Source: the human T2T-CHM13v2.0 reference genome, Homo sapiens
Length of the DNA stretch: 64,000 bases
Direction: 5' to 3' (one strand)
Assembly: GCF_009914755.1 (NCBI RefSeq)
Contig: NC_060935.1
Below the pieces are notes generated by a model that worked only from the letters and a program-made list of their open reading frames with translations, did no database searches and had not been told where the DNA came from. Position numbers and translations under genes: made by a program. Positions within the stretch are counted from its first letter, which is position 1. The number at the start of each line of letters is the position of its first letter. Positions 28,418 through 54,473 of the stretch are shown here, in pieces.

Positions 28418-29721
28418 ATGTTTTAACATACTTCCGGTAATGGAGTATTTTCCACAGTTTCTTTGTCAAGCGCATCTCTTCTTATTTAACTTAACATAGT
28501 TTAACATCCTACACCTTGGTTAGTCCTGAGTATGAATCCTATAAAATTAGGGCCCTGTTTATGGAAGACAATATTTTTTTCTGATTGATTTTTGTTTGTT
28601 GACTTTTTCCATTTTCCATTTAAGTAGGAATTCATTGTCATTCAACTTACCCATGAAAGTCAAATAAAAATTAATGATATTCTTCTAAACACAAAGGCTA
28701 AAATTTAGCAATAAGTCACAAAATAAAAAGAGAAAGAAAAAATCAATACAACATAACAAAAAAACCGAATCACAATAACACAATATGTTCTGACAATTCC
28801 TAATTGGCTTTTGTATAGGTAAAGAAAAGAAGGGGAATGTAATTAGTTCCATAAGGTTTTGTATTTATGTGGAAGTATAAGAATTTTTTCTTTTGTTCAA
28901 TGTTCAAATGAAATGGCAGATGGTCCATTGGACTGCTTTTGAATTCACCAAATACAAATTATGTACAATGAAGTTTTTTCAGAGGTTGAGATTCTTCAAA
29001 AAGCAGATATGTGAGACTAAAATATAGATTATTACTGCTAATGTAAAACTATTTTAAACTTTGAACTGATGTTGCTTGAAAATACAGGATTACATTTCTC
29101 TTTTCCATAACAGTTGTCACAGACTCTATAGGCCATTTAATTAATCATAATCAAAATGATATGATTTTTCTTGGTAATATATGAAATATGATGTCATTTT
29201 AGAATTTTAGAATCCTTAGAAATTAAACAATTTGGTAACTTTCTTATGAGTTCTATATTAAATACATTAATTGTCTAATTCCAAATCACTACACAACAGC
29301 ATGACACATGGGCAGATGAACTCGGGCAGTTTGAATAATAGTCACTCCGTTTAAACTTCATGTGTTGAGGTGGCTGAAACTTTATGGTTAGATTGGCTTA
29401 GTCTATCTTTCAAAGAATGAAATTGATGTGAGGCAGATTCCTATGAAAAAGCCATTTCGTTTTACCTGGCCTCCACCCCACACCCACTGTCAACCTCCAG
29501 TACTTCCCCAGCACCCTACCTTGAAAGGTAACCTTTATCTAAGGGATTACATCCGTAGATTATTATCTAAATTATAAAGATATTTCTAGGATTTGATTAA
29601 TAAATGATTAATTTTAATGAGATAAAGTTGCTGCTACCTAACTAAATTCTTCAACAAGAGCTCACACACTCAAACTATTTTTCCTTAATCAAATTTACTG
29701 AGCCTATGGCTATTTCACTGT

Positions 29722-29723
<2 letters not shown>

Positions 29724-29768
<45 letters not shown>
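29724..29768. repeat. (CA)n microsatellite
   Basis: About 19 perfect CA units. Confidence 0.97.
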
Positions 29769-29771
<3 letters not shown>

Positions 29772-31315
29772 GCAACACATTTTTCACAATTTTTCAAAAT
29801 TCCTATAATTGCCAGTGATTAAAGCTGCTAAAATAAAATACGTGACTAGAAAGCATCCTTTTTTTTAAGTAGTCTTCAAAATGTATTGGGTATTCCTTCT
29901 TAGTGAGACAACTGGTCATTCTGGGAGCATAGAATTTTACCTCAAGTATTCCTTCATTGTACTTAAAGCACTGAATAAAATTTAGATTTGTGTGTCATCA
30001 TACTTCATTAATATATCAAATAGGATAGAAATTATTAAAATCAGTTGATGATTTATGGATAAATACATAAAGGGAATTTGATATTTCAACTAACTTTGGA
30101 GGAAGACTTAAAACCTGCACATTACCCTCCTGATAGGTCTAGAAATCTTAGATTTAAACTCTTGACTTTTTCTTGTTGTATAGATCACTACATCAAAACT
30201 AACATTGCTTATCATTTGAGCAGGTTTCCTGTGTTCAATTCCCAAACATAAATTTTTTTATTATCTTCTAGTAGTCAGAAGTGACACACGGCCAACTCAA
30301 AATAGTTTGGGGAAAAAAGGAACTGCATTGGCTGAAAGAATCGAAAGAGTGATTGAAAACCAACGGTAGGAAGTATGGTTATTCAACACAACTTCAGGAA
30401 TAATTGAAAGCAGGTACCTACATCCAATAGAATAGGAAGATCTGTTTTCTATCTCCTTTTCTGTCCAAATTGGCTTTATTGTTTTGTTCTCTTTATGTGG
30501 ACTGAGTTTCTCTACTAGGCAGAAAAGTTGGTTTCCTACAGTTCAGATCTTCTTCTCATATACATACATATATATGAAACACTTTCTCCACTAAAAGCGG
30601 ATAATCATTGGTATCAGTTTGACAGTGCTGCAAGTCCTGGCAAAGAAACTCAGGCATAACATGAATTAGGTGCCCTGCCTGAAATTTGATATGGGTTGAA
30701 GGAATAAATAATAATACCAAAAATATATTTGATTCTCACAAAAAAATTATTACTTGTGAACTACCAGTATCTAAATTTTACAGATATTTAATCGATTTAG
30801 AAATATTAAATAACTTCCTCTAATCACAAACATCACCCTTAGTGGATTCAGGGTAACTCAACAGCAGTATTTGTGGAGATATTTGAAGGGCAAGGAATGT
30901 GATGTCTATTATCTCAGTAAAAGGGAAAGATTTTAGATAGACGTTAATATAAATGTTCATTAAGGTCGTTCCTAGAGCTCTGGAATATCTTGTGAATTTT
31001 TACACACCTGGACAATTAGATGGGGGAACAGAGGAGGTAAAAGGGGCAAACTCATTTTACACTTTAAAAAAAGAGGACACAAATTGAATTATCCAAATTG
31101 ACCAACTATGCCATTTGCTTTATTGTAATAATTAAATAATTATTTATCTATAATATACCACAGTCCATAAAAAGATCACGTTGTTATTCAATATATGGAT
31201 TAAAAAACTGAAATTTTCCTCCCAGGTGGAAAAAACAATCAAGGAAACTTAGGAGGCAATTTTTAGCATGCATATGCGTGCACACACACAAAATGAATTA
31301 AAAATTTATTCAGTT

Positions 31316-31615
<300 letters not shown>

Positions 31616-32210
31616 TCAGTTACATTAGCAAAGGCATGCCAGTTATGGATCAATAAAAATTGTAAGTTTTGTCTGCTCTCAGTCGCTTAATTAAGAAATT
31701 CAGGCAGTCAGATGGTTTGTAGAAAGAAGCTTAACTCTTCTGTCATATGAGAATGTGCTCTGAGACAAAAGCTAGTGCAAGGTGACTGTTAGGGAATGGC
31801 CGTCTCACAAGTTCAACACAGAAAAAGCATGGTAGCCACAGTTCAAATTCTATTTTGTGCTTGGATTTCAAGAGAGTGCATACAGTAGAGGAAGACTTCC
31901 TTAAGCCAAATATCATTTAATGACATTGAACCAAAGCAAAGAAAGTTAAAGGTATGGGTTTAACAGGAATATTTTATTATGATTTACTAAACATTAAAAA
32001 ACTGATTGTAATGACAAAACAATTTTGTATTCTCATCCTTAGTGTTCATGACTTTTAGCTTGTTTTAAAAAATTGGTCTTTAATGTAATGTAAAAAAAGG
32101 CAAATTATTTGTTAGGTTGAAATTTGGTAGATACCAGTAGTTAAATTTTTCTCAATAATACAAGTTTTTTTTTATAATTTTATTATTTATTAGTAAAATT
32201 TAAAATAGGT

Positions 32211-32638
32211 TGTCATCTTTGTCCATTTTGTGCTGCTATTGCAAAATACTTGAGACTGGACAAAATTTTTTTTCTTTTTTTTTTTTTTCGAGACTGAGTT
32301 TCGCTCTTGTTGCCCAGGTTGGAGTGGAGTGGTGCGATCTCATCTGGGTAATGTTTAAAAAGCCCAAAATTTATTTCTCAGAGTTCTGGAGGCTAGGGAG
32401 TCCAAGATCAAGGTGATGGCATCTGGTTTAGCGACAGCCTTCATGCTGCATCCTAACATGGCAGAAGGTGGAAGGGCAAGTTAGCCAAATGCTCGCCAAA
32501 GCTTCTTTCACAAGGCCCTTAATCCCATGGGTGAGAGCCTATCCCTCCTGGCCTAATCACCTCTTAAAGGCATCACCTTTTAATACCATCACGTTGGCAG
32601 TACCTGGAGCTTTGAGGGGATAAATTCAGACCTTAGCA
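32211..32638 (-). mobile_element. MaLR solo LTR (MSTC/MSTD-like)
   Basis: gtccattttgtgctgctat...ttctggaggctagggagtccaagatcaagg...cctaatcacctcttaaagg...cagaccttagca. Confidence 0.85.
32266..32342 (-). mobile_element. Severely 5'-truncated Alu (last ~55 nt plus poly-A) inside the MST LTR
   Basis: Poly-T then gagactgagtttcgctcttgttgcccagg...gcgatctc. Confidence 0.85.
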
Positions 32639-33932
32639 TCTGCCTTCGGTATGCATTTTGTAACAACATTTTTTTCAATGCTCTTTTGAATTTCATTATT
32701 ATTATTACAGGGAAGATCTGAAGATAACTGAAGGCAGAAGAGAGATTTTAATCTGTTCGTGGATCAGTAACAGGCTAGACCAAGATTCCTATGTAATGAG
32801 CCATGTGTTCATGTCACCGTTCCTTCTGTTTCCTTAAATAACAGAGAATCATTGAATTTAAAATGCACCATCTTACTGACATTTCTGTCTTTTGTCTATG
32901 TCTATCAGAAAATGTGTAATTGCACCTTGTGAGTTTGTGTGAAGGTTACAGTGGACTTCTGTATGAAGAGAAAATAACTTTAACAATAAGGTGTCCTGTA
33001 CTGTATACTGTATTCTCTTTATATATATATATATATTACTCTCAAAGTCAACTGCATTTCATCTTAACACAAGCATACAGGTTTCAAATAAGGAATACAT
33101 AATATGACTTCAAAGGAATTGCAGTAAGCCTAGCAGAATGTCAGATATATATGCATATAAGAAGCAGAAGATATAATTTTAAGAACTCGAGAAGAATAAA
33201 ATTAATTCTATTCCAAATTGTTTTCTACTGCTTCTTTGGCATTTCCTTTCTTGGTATTTGAGATTTTATTTAAGAGTGTATTTTATGGTTATCAATACAA
33301 ATGTCACTGTCTAATAATATCTTAGGAAAAAATGACACTTTTCATGTATATGGAACTTTATGTTTCACAAGACCTTTTTTCATGTATTACTTGTGTAAAT
33401 TACCAAATTAACTTTTAAATACACTCTATTAAATTTATTTATAGGAAAAGGAACTAAATCTTATAATATTTAGCCACATTATTAAGTACTGTATTTTATA
33501 AGTTGCAGTGTCCCGAACAAATATTTGTTTGTCCTTGAAGTAAGAAGCCATGTGCTAAGATCTAAAGTGCAATGCTCATTAATATTAATATTGAATGCAT
33601 AAATAAAGGAATAAGTGAAAGAGTCTGGGACAAGAAACCATCTCTTTTGACTTTAAAGGCAATGTTAACATTCACAAGTTATTTATTATATAATATTTTA
33701 CTTTATCAGGCCACCTTTGGTATGATCACTGGACAAGATCATAGTCAACAGCTGGTATCTGAATAATCACATTGCAAATTTGAAGCTCCAGTGTTCTACA
33801 GAGTTTATTTGGGGGACAAATAGGACTGAAAAGAGTTATTTTGCTTATATAGCCTCAACATTGATTTCAGTTTCCTGTGACTTTTTATTTCACAAATAAT
33901 CCAGAAAAGAAGTAATTTAAGAAACAGATTTA

Positions 33933-41829
<7,897 letters not shown>

Positions 41830-42425
41830 GAAACAGATTTAAAATTAAACTTTGGGACAGCATTCTAAATGTATTTATGGCTCATGATATGATAAGGTCT
41901 CACAACAAAGCCAAAATCTGTAATGATGCTAAATGAGTAAACAAGGTTTCCCTTTTTGTGAATTCGTATGAGTTTGAGTTTAGATGGCAATGAATAAATA
42001 CATTAATTAATGTAATATAATTTAATATATATGGTCACAGCATATATATCTATATATGCTGTTACTACATATTAAATCATTTCAGGCTTTAAATTCATAG
42101 TTTTATCTTTGTAAATATAATTTAGGCATGGTATCTGATATTTTTAATGAAATAATTCACTTTTTAATTAGTGAAGGCTTGAGATAGACAAATTACAAGA
42201 GGGCAAGGAAAGAAAGATTGTTGTGGTCTTTCTGAGAGTCAATACTTTGGGCTCCTAGATCATCTAGTCAATGTATATGCTTGGTAACCTTGGACTATGC
42301 ATTTATTTCATATATATTTAATAATACTAATGTTATAAAAAAGCCTACTATAGGCTTTTTTCACAATAAAATGTTGTTTGTGCTTACTCAAATATATTTG
42401 AGGCACAGAATACGTTAAGTCTCAC

Positions 42426-42850
42426 TGCTGGAGTTGGATGTTTGTCCCTTCCAAAACTTATGTTGAAATTTGATCCCCAATGTTGCAATGTTGGGATGTG
42501 GGGGCTGGTAGGAGGTGTTTGAATCATGAGGTGGTATCCTTCAGGAATAGATTATTGACCTCTCTTCAAAGTGAGTGTGCTCACTGTTAGTTAACACAAG
42601 AGTTAGTTGTTAAAAAGAGCCCGGCCCCTCCCTCTTTCTTGCTTTCTCTCTCCCTGTGTGATATCTTGCCCATGAAGGCTGCCTTTTTACTTTCTGTTGT
42701 GAGTTGAAGCAGCCTGAGGCCCTCAGCAGATGCACAGGCCCAATCTTGAACTTTCCAGCCCCCAAAATTGTGAGCCAAATGAGCCTCTGTTCTTTATAAA
42801 CTACTCAGTCTCAGGTATTCTGTTATAGCAACAGTAAACAAACTAAGACA
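42426..42850 (+). mobile_element. MaLR solo LTR (MSTB/MSTB1-like)
   Basis: ttggatgtttgtcccttccaaaacttatgttgaaatttgatcccc...ctcaggtattctgttatagcaac...actaagaca. Confidence 0.88.
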
Positions 42851-43164
42851 CTTATTAATGAATACATAGATACTTCCAAGTATCCATGGTAATGGGAAGA
42901 GATGCAGATAACCAAGTAATATCTGTTTTGATTTTAAATTGATTACCTGAAAATTTTATATTGTATCTTTTATATCTTACTAATATTTTTATTAGAATGG
43001 TATTTATTAGATTACAAAACTGAATCATGTACAAATGGTGACACAGAGAAATGAACTCTAAATTAGTAAAAGAAAGCAAATCTGGAGCAAAAAATTTGCT
43101 GCAGAAAAATCCACAAAATTGAGACGCTTATGGGTATTATTATAATGTACCACTACTAATATTA

Positions 43165-43390
43165 TTAATAATTATCTGATGCTGATTAGTGAATGCTAAG
43201 CACATTGTATGAATTATTTTATTTTTTAAAACACTGTTTATTTTTACAGCAATGCTACAAGATACGTATTATTATTATTCTCCCTTTTCTCATAAGAAAA
43301 GCTTAGAAATGCTTTAGGCTACAGATAAAGTGGTTGTCAAAACAAGGATATAAATCCTAACTATAGCATCCGTATTCAACCATGACACTT
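43165..43390 (-). mobile_element. MIR SINE
   Basis: tgctaagcacattgtatg...tattattattctcccttttc...ttcaaccatgacac. Confidence 0.55.
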
Positions 43391-43404
43391 TTCTACCATT
43401 CTAC

Positions 43405-43570
43405 CAGTCATTTATTCACTGTATTTAAATAGAAATTATATCTTTGTAAAGTGCAATGTTCTGGGTACATCTGTGGTTCAAGGTAATAAGTAATCAAGGT
43501 AACAAAAATATATGCATTCTACTTTGAAGAACTGTATATATAAGCCTTCATGGAGCTAGAATGTAATATG
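43405..43570 (-). mobile_element. L2 3' end fragment
   Basis: tcatttattcac...tgttctgggtac...gccttcatggagct. Confidence 0.5.
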
Positions 43571-45005
43571 CAGAGTTAAAAATCATTATATGAACAGACT
43601 TGTGAGTATTCACATTTTAAGCAATTTTAATTTGGAGTTTTAGTAATCAGTTGTGGTAAAATCTACAATGGCTACCTTCTCCCACCCTCTGTTTTCTCTA
43701 GCCAAGCCTTAGTGATTGTCTTTTAGCCAGGGAGGGTGATGAGGTACAGCATGGAATTTACTGAATCTATAACACTGTAACAGAGGGGGTGCCCAGCAGA
43801 GCAGAATGTAGGCGGGACTTAATTAGAAGCTAGAGGGAGACTGAAGGCCTATGACAAGAACTAATCAATGTTTTTGATCATGAGAACTTGCAGAGGCCAG
43901 GCTGCTACTGTAACAGGAAACTGGCACAAGCAATTGTCTTCAGAGGCCTTGACAAGCTGTGATACGCTCTTTGGGTCCTGGTTTATAAGAGATCTTTTGA
44001 CGCTGTATTGTAGCACGGCCATCCTCTTCCTTCTCCCCTTTAAAATGGGAGAAAAAAAAACTATTCTTCTACTGTGGCTTTCCTTAGAAACATCCTCTAC
44101 ATTCTGTAGACATGTGGACATTAAACAAAAATCGTTTAGAGACTGAAACATAGTAAAATAGCGTCACTAAAGGCAGTAGGAGTTTGAATTCTGTATGGTA
44201 TTTTTCATGTTTGAATCACTCGGAGGGTTTTATACTGGATAAACTGTAAAGCTATATATAGCTTTTAACACAAAAGTCCAATTAAATATATTATCTATGA
44301 ATATAAACTTTCCTGTGTAATTTAATTTATTTTTTAACCATATAAATTGTTGAAAGTTACTAATTACTAGAAATCAGAAAAGCAGGAATTGTTAAAAGAG
44401 TAGTTATCTGTAAATATCTTTAAGATTGTTGATGTCCTTTCACTTTAGACTTTTCCATGTCATAAAATAATTACACAATAACTTCTACTTTGTCTTCAGA
44501 CTCCTGTCTAGGCATACATTATTAATCAGTAATTATCATTGCAATGGCATTATTGTTGCTCTTTTATTTCAAGTGTCCTCTTATTAGTTTGGCCTGAGAA
44601 AAATTAGCTACAAAACTTAAGCTTACTTTTAGGCTATATCCTTTAATTATTTTACTGTGGTATAATTTCCTACCCCTCAGGACCAGTCACCGAGCAAAGA
44701 ACAAGTTATGTCACACAAATTAAGCACACATTCTGCTCTCAGTGGGGTGTAAAATCATAAGTGGTTGTGAAATAATTACTAGTTTCCTCAGATATTGCAC
44801 ATTCTTATTTGGTTAGTTTTTCCAAATATACTATTTTTCTGATGGAAAAATTCGTATTAATGTTCAAGCCTCTTGTATTTTTTAATGATTTTTTTGCTAG
44901 TGAAACAATCACAAAGCTAAATAAAAATATATAGGCATTAGGAAACTAAATTATGAGAAATAGTTTATACATTAAATGTGATACTAAATAATATAGAAAA
45001 CCTGA

Positions 45006-45354
<349 letters not shown>

Positions 45355-45694
45355 CAAAAAGTACATCTTACTGTGCCCGATAACAAAGAGCAGGTATGTG
45401 CTAATGATCTTTAAGAATACATCATTATCCTGATTAGTCTGCGACCTCTTTACCATACTCATTGATGAGAAAGTCTTATTTTCATCGTGCTAATCTCAAA
45501 TACAACTACTACTACTAATTTAAAAATTATCCTTGATTGTAATTTGCGCTTCAAAATTCCTTCCTTGTCTCTGCACCTATATATTAGAACCTCTCATTCT
45601 CTATTCAGTCATAATTTCAATTGTTGCAAGAGTTTATCTAAAAACAAACAAAAGAATAATGAAAACATAATAAAGAACAGCAACATTAATTACT

Positions 45695-45925
45695 ATAACA
45701 ATAACCCCTTTCAATGGGCCAGGCTTGGTTCTGTGTACATTATATGGTTTATCTCCAAGATAAAGATACTGTTGTTATGCCTATTGGGAAAAGAAGAAAA
45801 TAAGGCTATAAAAAGCCTAAATAATTTCTCTAGGTCTCAAAAATGAAAAGTGACAGCATCATAATTTGTACCCATGTTGTACCCATGACCACATTCCAAA
45901 GAAAATGTTATTAAGCAAATAGCCA
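45695..45925 (-). mobile_element. MIR SINE
   Basis: gccaggcttggttctgtgtacatt...gaagaaaataaggct...aaataatttctctaggtctca...aagtgacagc. Confidence 0.6.
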
Positions 45926-46149
45926 AAATATCCCCTACTGCTCATATCATGTTCACCAAGTTCTAGCTATGTGCTTATTCCTATTCTAAACTAAAACAAG
46001 TCAATTTTTCACATTCAGCAGATGACCACATTATTTCTCCCCTTCCTCCCTAATCCCAATGCCTCAGTTTTCTTCAATTATCTCTCTTATCTCCATATTC
46101 AGAGTAGAAATTCTGATAAGTTCAATCCAATTAATGTACGGCATTTTCC

Positions 46150-46517
46150 AGACAAGTTTTTGGTTTAGGTCTCCTGAACTAAATGGGGTCAATTGTGTCG
46201 AAGGGAAAAATTTTGTTGCTGTTGTCTTGTAGTGTTGCATATTTAAGAGAATGCTGTTTAGCTATCTCTCCAGAAGAACACTATGCAAGGAAATATGTCC
46301 TCCACTAGTCATTTTTTTTTTACCGCAATAGGAACCAGGTATAGAAGAACACAGAAAACTGTGGAACAAAGAAAAAGAAAGAACTTTGACCTGATGACAA
46401 TCCTGACCCTTTAATCATAACAAACCTACAGCCTACCCTAACACTTTTTATTGCCATTAATTTTTATAAACCACTTTAAGGGTTTTCTGCCACCTGCACC
46501 TAAAAGAATCCTGATAT
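46150..46517 (+). mobile_element. Old MaLR LTR (MLT1-type) fragment
   Basis: cctgatgacaat...taaaccactttaagggttttctgccacctgcacctaaaagaatcctga resembles the MLT1J/K 3' end. Confidence 0.5.
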
Positions 46518-49511
46518 CAAGATTTAACAACATGTTAGGTTAATGTAAAGATGCCTTCTAATTCCTGGTATGTTTTAACTACCACTTGTTAATTTGCACT
46601 GGCCTCTACATCCCGATGTTTTTTTTTTCTTTTCGTTTCCCATTTGAACATGCTACCTTATTGCACTCCCACATTTCTCTATGTCTGTTATCATCAGTCT
46701 GCCTGGTGTCTGTTGTGCTTCTTGCTGTGATTCTCACTATTCATCTGTATCCAAACTCTTGCTCCTCAGGGATTCTTTGAACTTTACTGATCCTTAAGTT
46801 TGATTCAGCTATCCTCAATCTGGCTATTGCGACTCACAACTCAACAGGACACCTCTCATAAACCTTCCTGCTAGCCATCAAACATTTCAACCATTTTAAA
46901 GTTAAATAAAATAAAAAAAAACAAAAGCACATCATTTCTAGATGATAGAATGGTAAGCTAACTCAGTTGCTATTCTTTGATCATTTTAGCTATGCTAAGA
47001 ACATTTTATGTTTATGGACCTAAAGTAGAAATTTGGCCAGCTGGAAGTACAGACAGTGCCTCCTTATAAATATTTAAAATTGCATTATGGATTTTAAAAA
47101 TATATGTGTGATAAACAATGCTAATAATGACGATTTAATTTTGATTTACTTGTTTTATCCTACAAAGCTGAAGCTCTATAGCTAAAGTTTTGGTTTTAGA
47201 AATGTTAACTAGAGTAGCTATTGTCGATATCCTTGATACCTCAATTCTTAAAAATTATCTCTTCAGCCACTTGTTCTATTCATGTCTATTTTTCTTTCTA
47301 AATAGTGTGCATTATCTTTTCATATGATCGATAGACTCCTATATTTTTTTCTTATTATAAATTCTTAATTTATCCTTTCATTGTGGAATATTTCTTTATG
47401 GCTTTATTATAATTAATAATTAAATTTTAAAAAGACCCCCTTTTGAGTCTCACATTAAAAATACACTACAGTTAAAAACATAATAAAATAAACATTAAAA
47501 TTGAATAAAATATTTAAAAGCTCGGCAAACTAGCATCAATAAACCAATGTGAAAAAAATTTTTTCACCCAGACTGCTGAGAAGGAAACCAACCTGTAATC
47601 ACATTTGGTGGTTCCTTATTTCAAAGGAAGATGCTTCTTTTTAACTGCTTCCTGCTTTTGTAGGCTTTTATTTTCTCAACTATTATTGGTTATTCTGTCA
47701 TCTTGAGGAATAAATTTTTTAAAAAATTTCTGGACTTCAAAATATCTGGAGACCCTGCTCCTCAAACAAAATTACATTAGTAAATGTACTTAACAATCTT
47801 TTAATAGCTAAATTGGATGACTCTATGTCTGGCTTTATTTGACTAGATCCAATTTAACTGATGCCTTCAGCATAATTAATCAGAAAATGCACTTTAGTGA
47901 ATACCATCATTTCATGTCTTGAGGATAGTGCCAAAGAGACTGGTTTTGGTATCTTGGGTCTTGCTTGTCATTCACGTGACCATCTAGCTTTATTTTATTC
48001 TTCTGAGATTAAAAAAAAATGCTAGAATAAAAGCTCTGTAAATGGATATCCACTGTTTGAGTTGACAAATGAAATAATGTTTGATGTATTTTCCTCTTTA
48101 CCAAAAGAAAAAACAATCAGAAAAGTATTAAATGTCAAGAAAGAAAATAAAGATCCCTAGAGAAGAAAAATAGCATATTTGCATTGTCTTTAAAAAATAT
48201 AGACACAATATTTTTGCAGTGAAAAACTGCAATTAATGACACACCTCAGAATTGTAAAGACATCTGTTCATAACTTTGTCCCATGGCATTTATCTGTATA
48301 ATTTGAGATGAAAATTAAAATTCAAAAAAAAAGTTTACCAACAAGCTAATTCAAACATCCCCAAATTAGATGATTTCTTATTCTTTCTCCAATAAAATAC
48401 AACCTCTTACTTTGCTCTCCAGACATACCAATGGCCACCCCGTCTCTGGACATGTCATAACATGTCACAAATTATAATTCTATTATTTGTATATTCCCCC
48501 AAAAATCTTTTGCTTGAAGATATGTCTCTATTTTTATTTCAAGTTGATTATTTTATGCTATCACTCCTAAATCTTCATTTTTCATTCAACCTTGAGTGTC
48601 AGGTAATCAATATTTTTTCTGCACTCTTTGATAATCTGGAAACACAAAAAAACCCCTGCAATTATTCACTATTATTTACTCAATAAACTAATTAATTACT
48701 AATTAAATACCCATGTAATTACCATGTGATATACATATCAATTACCAGGTGATATACATACCACTTATTTATTAGTAATATTATTAATGATTCCTTATTA
48801 GCTAATTATTGGTATCTCACGTTAATAGTACTATTATTAATATTTTCATTATTATTATATATATTTTATTATAATATTATCATTATTATTCTGCTTCTAT
48901 CACTATCATTCACTAAGGCTGAGACCAGCAACTAAAAGGGCAAACTGAGAAGATCTGCTACTAACAGGAAAAATCCGAGATACATTAGGGAAGCCTGGAT
49001 TTGGAAAACATCTCTCAAATTTCAAAAAAAAAAAGGCTGACAAACGAGTAGAAAGCTAAGACATTTTTCACAGAAGCATATACATCATGTAATTAAGTTA
49101 GGTTTGTGTAATCTCTGAGGAATAAAAATGTTATGAAGGTACGCTCTAATAGTGACATATGGTAACATGGCATACCCGGAACTCAAGAATGACTCAAGGT
49201 CACTCATTCTTCAAGGTCACATAAATGACATATCTAAACCATGAGTCCCACTTATTCCTCTTGAATCAAAGATGAAACTCTTAAAAATATTGCTTATAGT
49301 AATCACCTGCATCTCAGCACGTAAATTTTCAGCATGTGATAATTATTTTTGAAACTCATGTCAAAAAGTGTGCTTTTTCTGAATTTTCCATCCACTTCAG
49401 TAAATATATGTTTTTTTAAAACAATTAATTTATTTGATCTTTGAAATTTTAGCCAAAAAATTTTAAAGAAAACTGCAGATATAGTCAAAGTAGTCAGGAT
49501 TAAAAGTGTGG

Positions 49512-50186
49512 GTTTATGTTTATATATATATATGTTCTGGGATACATGTGCAGAATGTGCAGGTTTGTTACATAGGTATACATGTGCCATGGTGGTTTGG
49601 TGCACCCATCAACCTATCATCTACATTAGGTATTTCTGCTAATGCTATCCCTCCCCTAGGTCCCCAATCCCCAGACAGGCCCTGGTGTCTGATGTTGCCC
49701 TCCCTGTGTCCATGTGTTCTCATTGTTCAAGTCCCACTTATGAGTGAGAACATCTGGTGTTTTGTTTTCTGTTCCTGTGTTAGTTTGCTGAGAATGATGG
49801 TTTCCAGCTTCACCCATGTCCCTGCAAAGGAAATAAACTCATCCTTTTTTATGATTGCATAGTAATCCATGGTGTATATGTGCCACATTTTCTTTATCCA
49901 GTATATCATTGATGGGCATTTGGGTTGGTTCCACGTCTTTGCTATTGTGAATAGTGCCTCAATAAACATACATGTCCATGTGTCTTTATGGTAGAACGAT
50001 TTAAAATCCTTTGGGTACATATGCAGTAATGAGATTGCTGGGTCAAATGGTATTTCTAGTTCTAGATCCTTGAGGAATCGCCACACTGTCTTCCACAGTG
50101 GTTGAACTAATTTACACTCCTACCAACAGTGTAAAAGCATTCCTATTTCTCCATATCCCCTCCAGCATCTGTTGTTTTCTGACTTT
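49512..50186 (-). mobile_element. L1PA7-like 3' end (non-inverted part of a 5'-inverted insertion)
   Basis: ttctgggatacatgtgcagaatgtgcaggtttgttacatagg 3'UTR. ORF2 C-terminus in ORF 49727-50086. Confidence 0.93.
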
Positions 50187-51321
<1,135 letters not shown>

Positions 51322-51511
51322 TGTGGTTGTTTTTTAAAGCATCCATGAGACAGTTTCTTGTTTTTATCTTTTTAATTATTATAATAAAATAATGTGTATA
51401 TTTTAATTTTGTTGTACTTCATATCAATTTTTCTATATACATTAACTTGTTTTTCAAAACCACTTTCCAAGCTATTATAAAAACCAGACTTAGACTAAAT
51501 GAGATCTTTAG

Positions 51512-51905
51512 TGATATGGTTTGGATCTGTGTCCCCACCCAAATCTCATATGGAAATGTAATCCCCAATGCTGGAGGTGGGGCCTGGTGGGAGGTGGTTG
51601 GATCATGGGGCAGAGTACTTATGAATGGTTTAGCACCATATCCCCTTGGTACTGTATAGTGAGTGACTTCTCAGGATATTTGGTTGTTTAAAAGTGTGTG
51701 GCACCTCCCCTCTTCCTCCTGCACTGGCCATGTGTGGTGTTCACTCCCCATTTGCCTTCTACCATGATTGTAAGCTTCCTGAGGCCTCCTCAGAAGCTGA
51801 GCAGAAGCTAGCCGGCAGAACTGTAAGCCAATAAAACCCCTTTTCTTTATAAGTTATCCAATTTCAGGTAAGTTTTTAATAGCAGTGCAAGAATGGACTA
51901 ATATA
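51512..51905 (+). mobile_element. MaLR solo LTR (MSTA-like)
   Basis: tgatatggtttggatctgtgtccccacccaaatctcat...ggactaatata. Perfect TSD tttag (51507-51511, 51906-51910). Confidence 0.93.
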
Positions 51906-52699
51906 TTTAGTACTATTTGGATCTAAATGATACCAACTTTGTATGAATATGATCGCTCATGATGAGGCCACATATCTTCCCCACTCTGTCCAAAGCAAAA
52001 TACTTTTATTTAGGATACATACACAAGGGCTGAAATCCATGAAAGAAAGATGGAAAGAAAGAACAAAATAATATAAAATTTAGGAAAATAATTTATTCAG
52101 CAGGAGTGAAGAAAGCAAATGCAGCAATGAAGGAAAAGTTTATGAAATGTTTCCAGTATATGATGGTATTTTTACCACTAATACATCTGGTTTTTGCTTT
52201 GTTTCTTTTTAAATTTGTGCCACCTGAAAGAACACAGATTAATGTTTATGTTTCATAGTATTTTAATTATTTTCAGATTTCTAATTATTTCATTTTTACT
52301 AATTAGCTTTTTGCTTTAGATTTGCTCTTTCTTTACTTGCTTCTTTGTATCTCATTGTTGTCCCCTCTTTTTTCTTATTTTTGTTTTATGTAAATAATAT
52401 ACTATATTTCTCTATTTTCAGAAAAATTAAATTTTTAATTTTATCATGTATATATAATTTATCGAAGTCTACAGTAAGTCAATTCACATATTATCCTCTA
52501 ATCAAGGCAAGGTATAGTAAGTCAATACATATAACATCCTCTAACCAAAGAATATATGTTTGATACCACACACAACCCTTTTGACATTGATGTCATTCTT
52601 GTCATATATTTAACCCTAACTTATCCCCTGTCATTCAGTATTAATGAATATTAGGTAGCTGCTTTATTTGCCTGCTAATCATCTCATTATGCCTACTCA

Positions 52700-54473
<1,774 letters not shown>

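Noticed and set aside
43861-44151. Overlapping antiparallel ORFs of 92 and 96 aa outside obvious repeats
   Set aside because: No recognisable domain or supporting splice structure. The length is compatible with chance, and the region may be an unrecognised ancient LTR.
48719-48765. 23-nt tandem duplication (ttacca.gtgatatacata.ca), with similar short duplications at ~2259-2310, ~9699-9750 and ~57640-57676
   Set aside because: Ordinary slippage duplications in AT-rich DNA.
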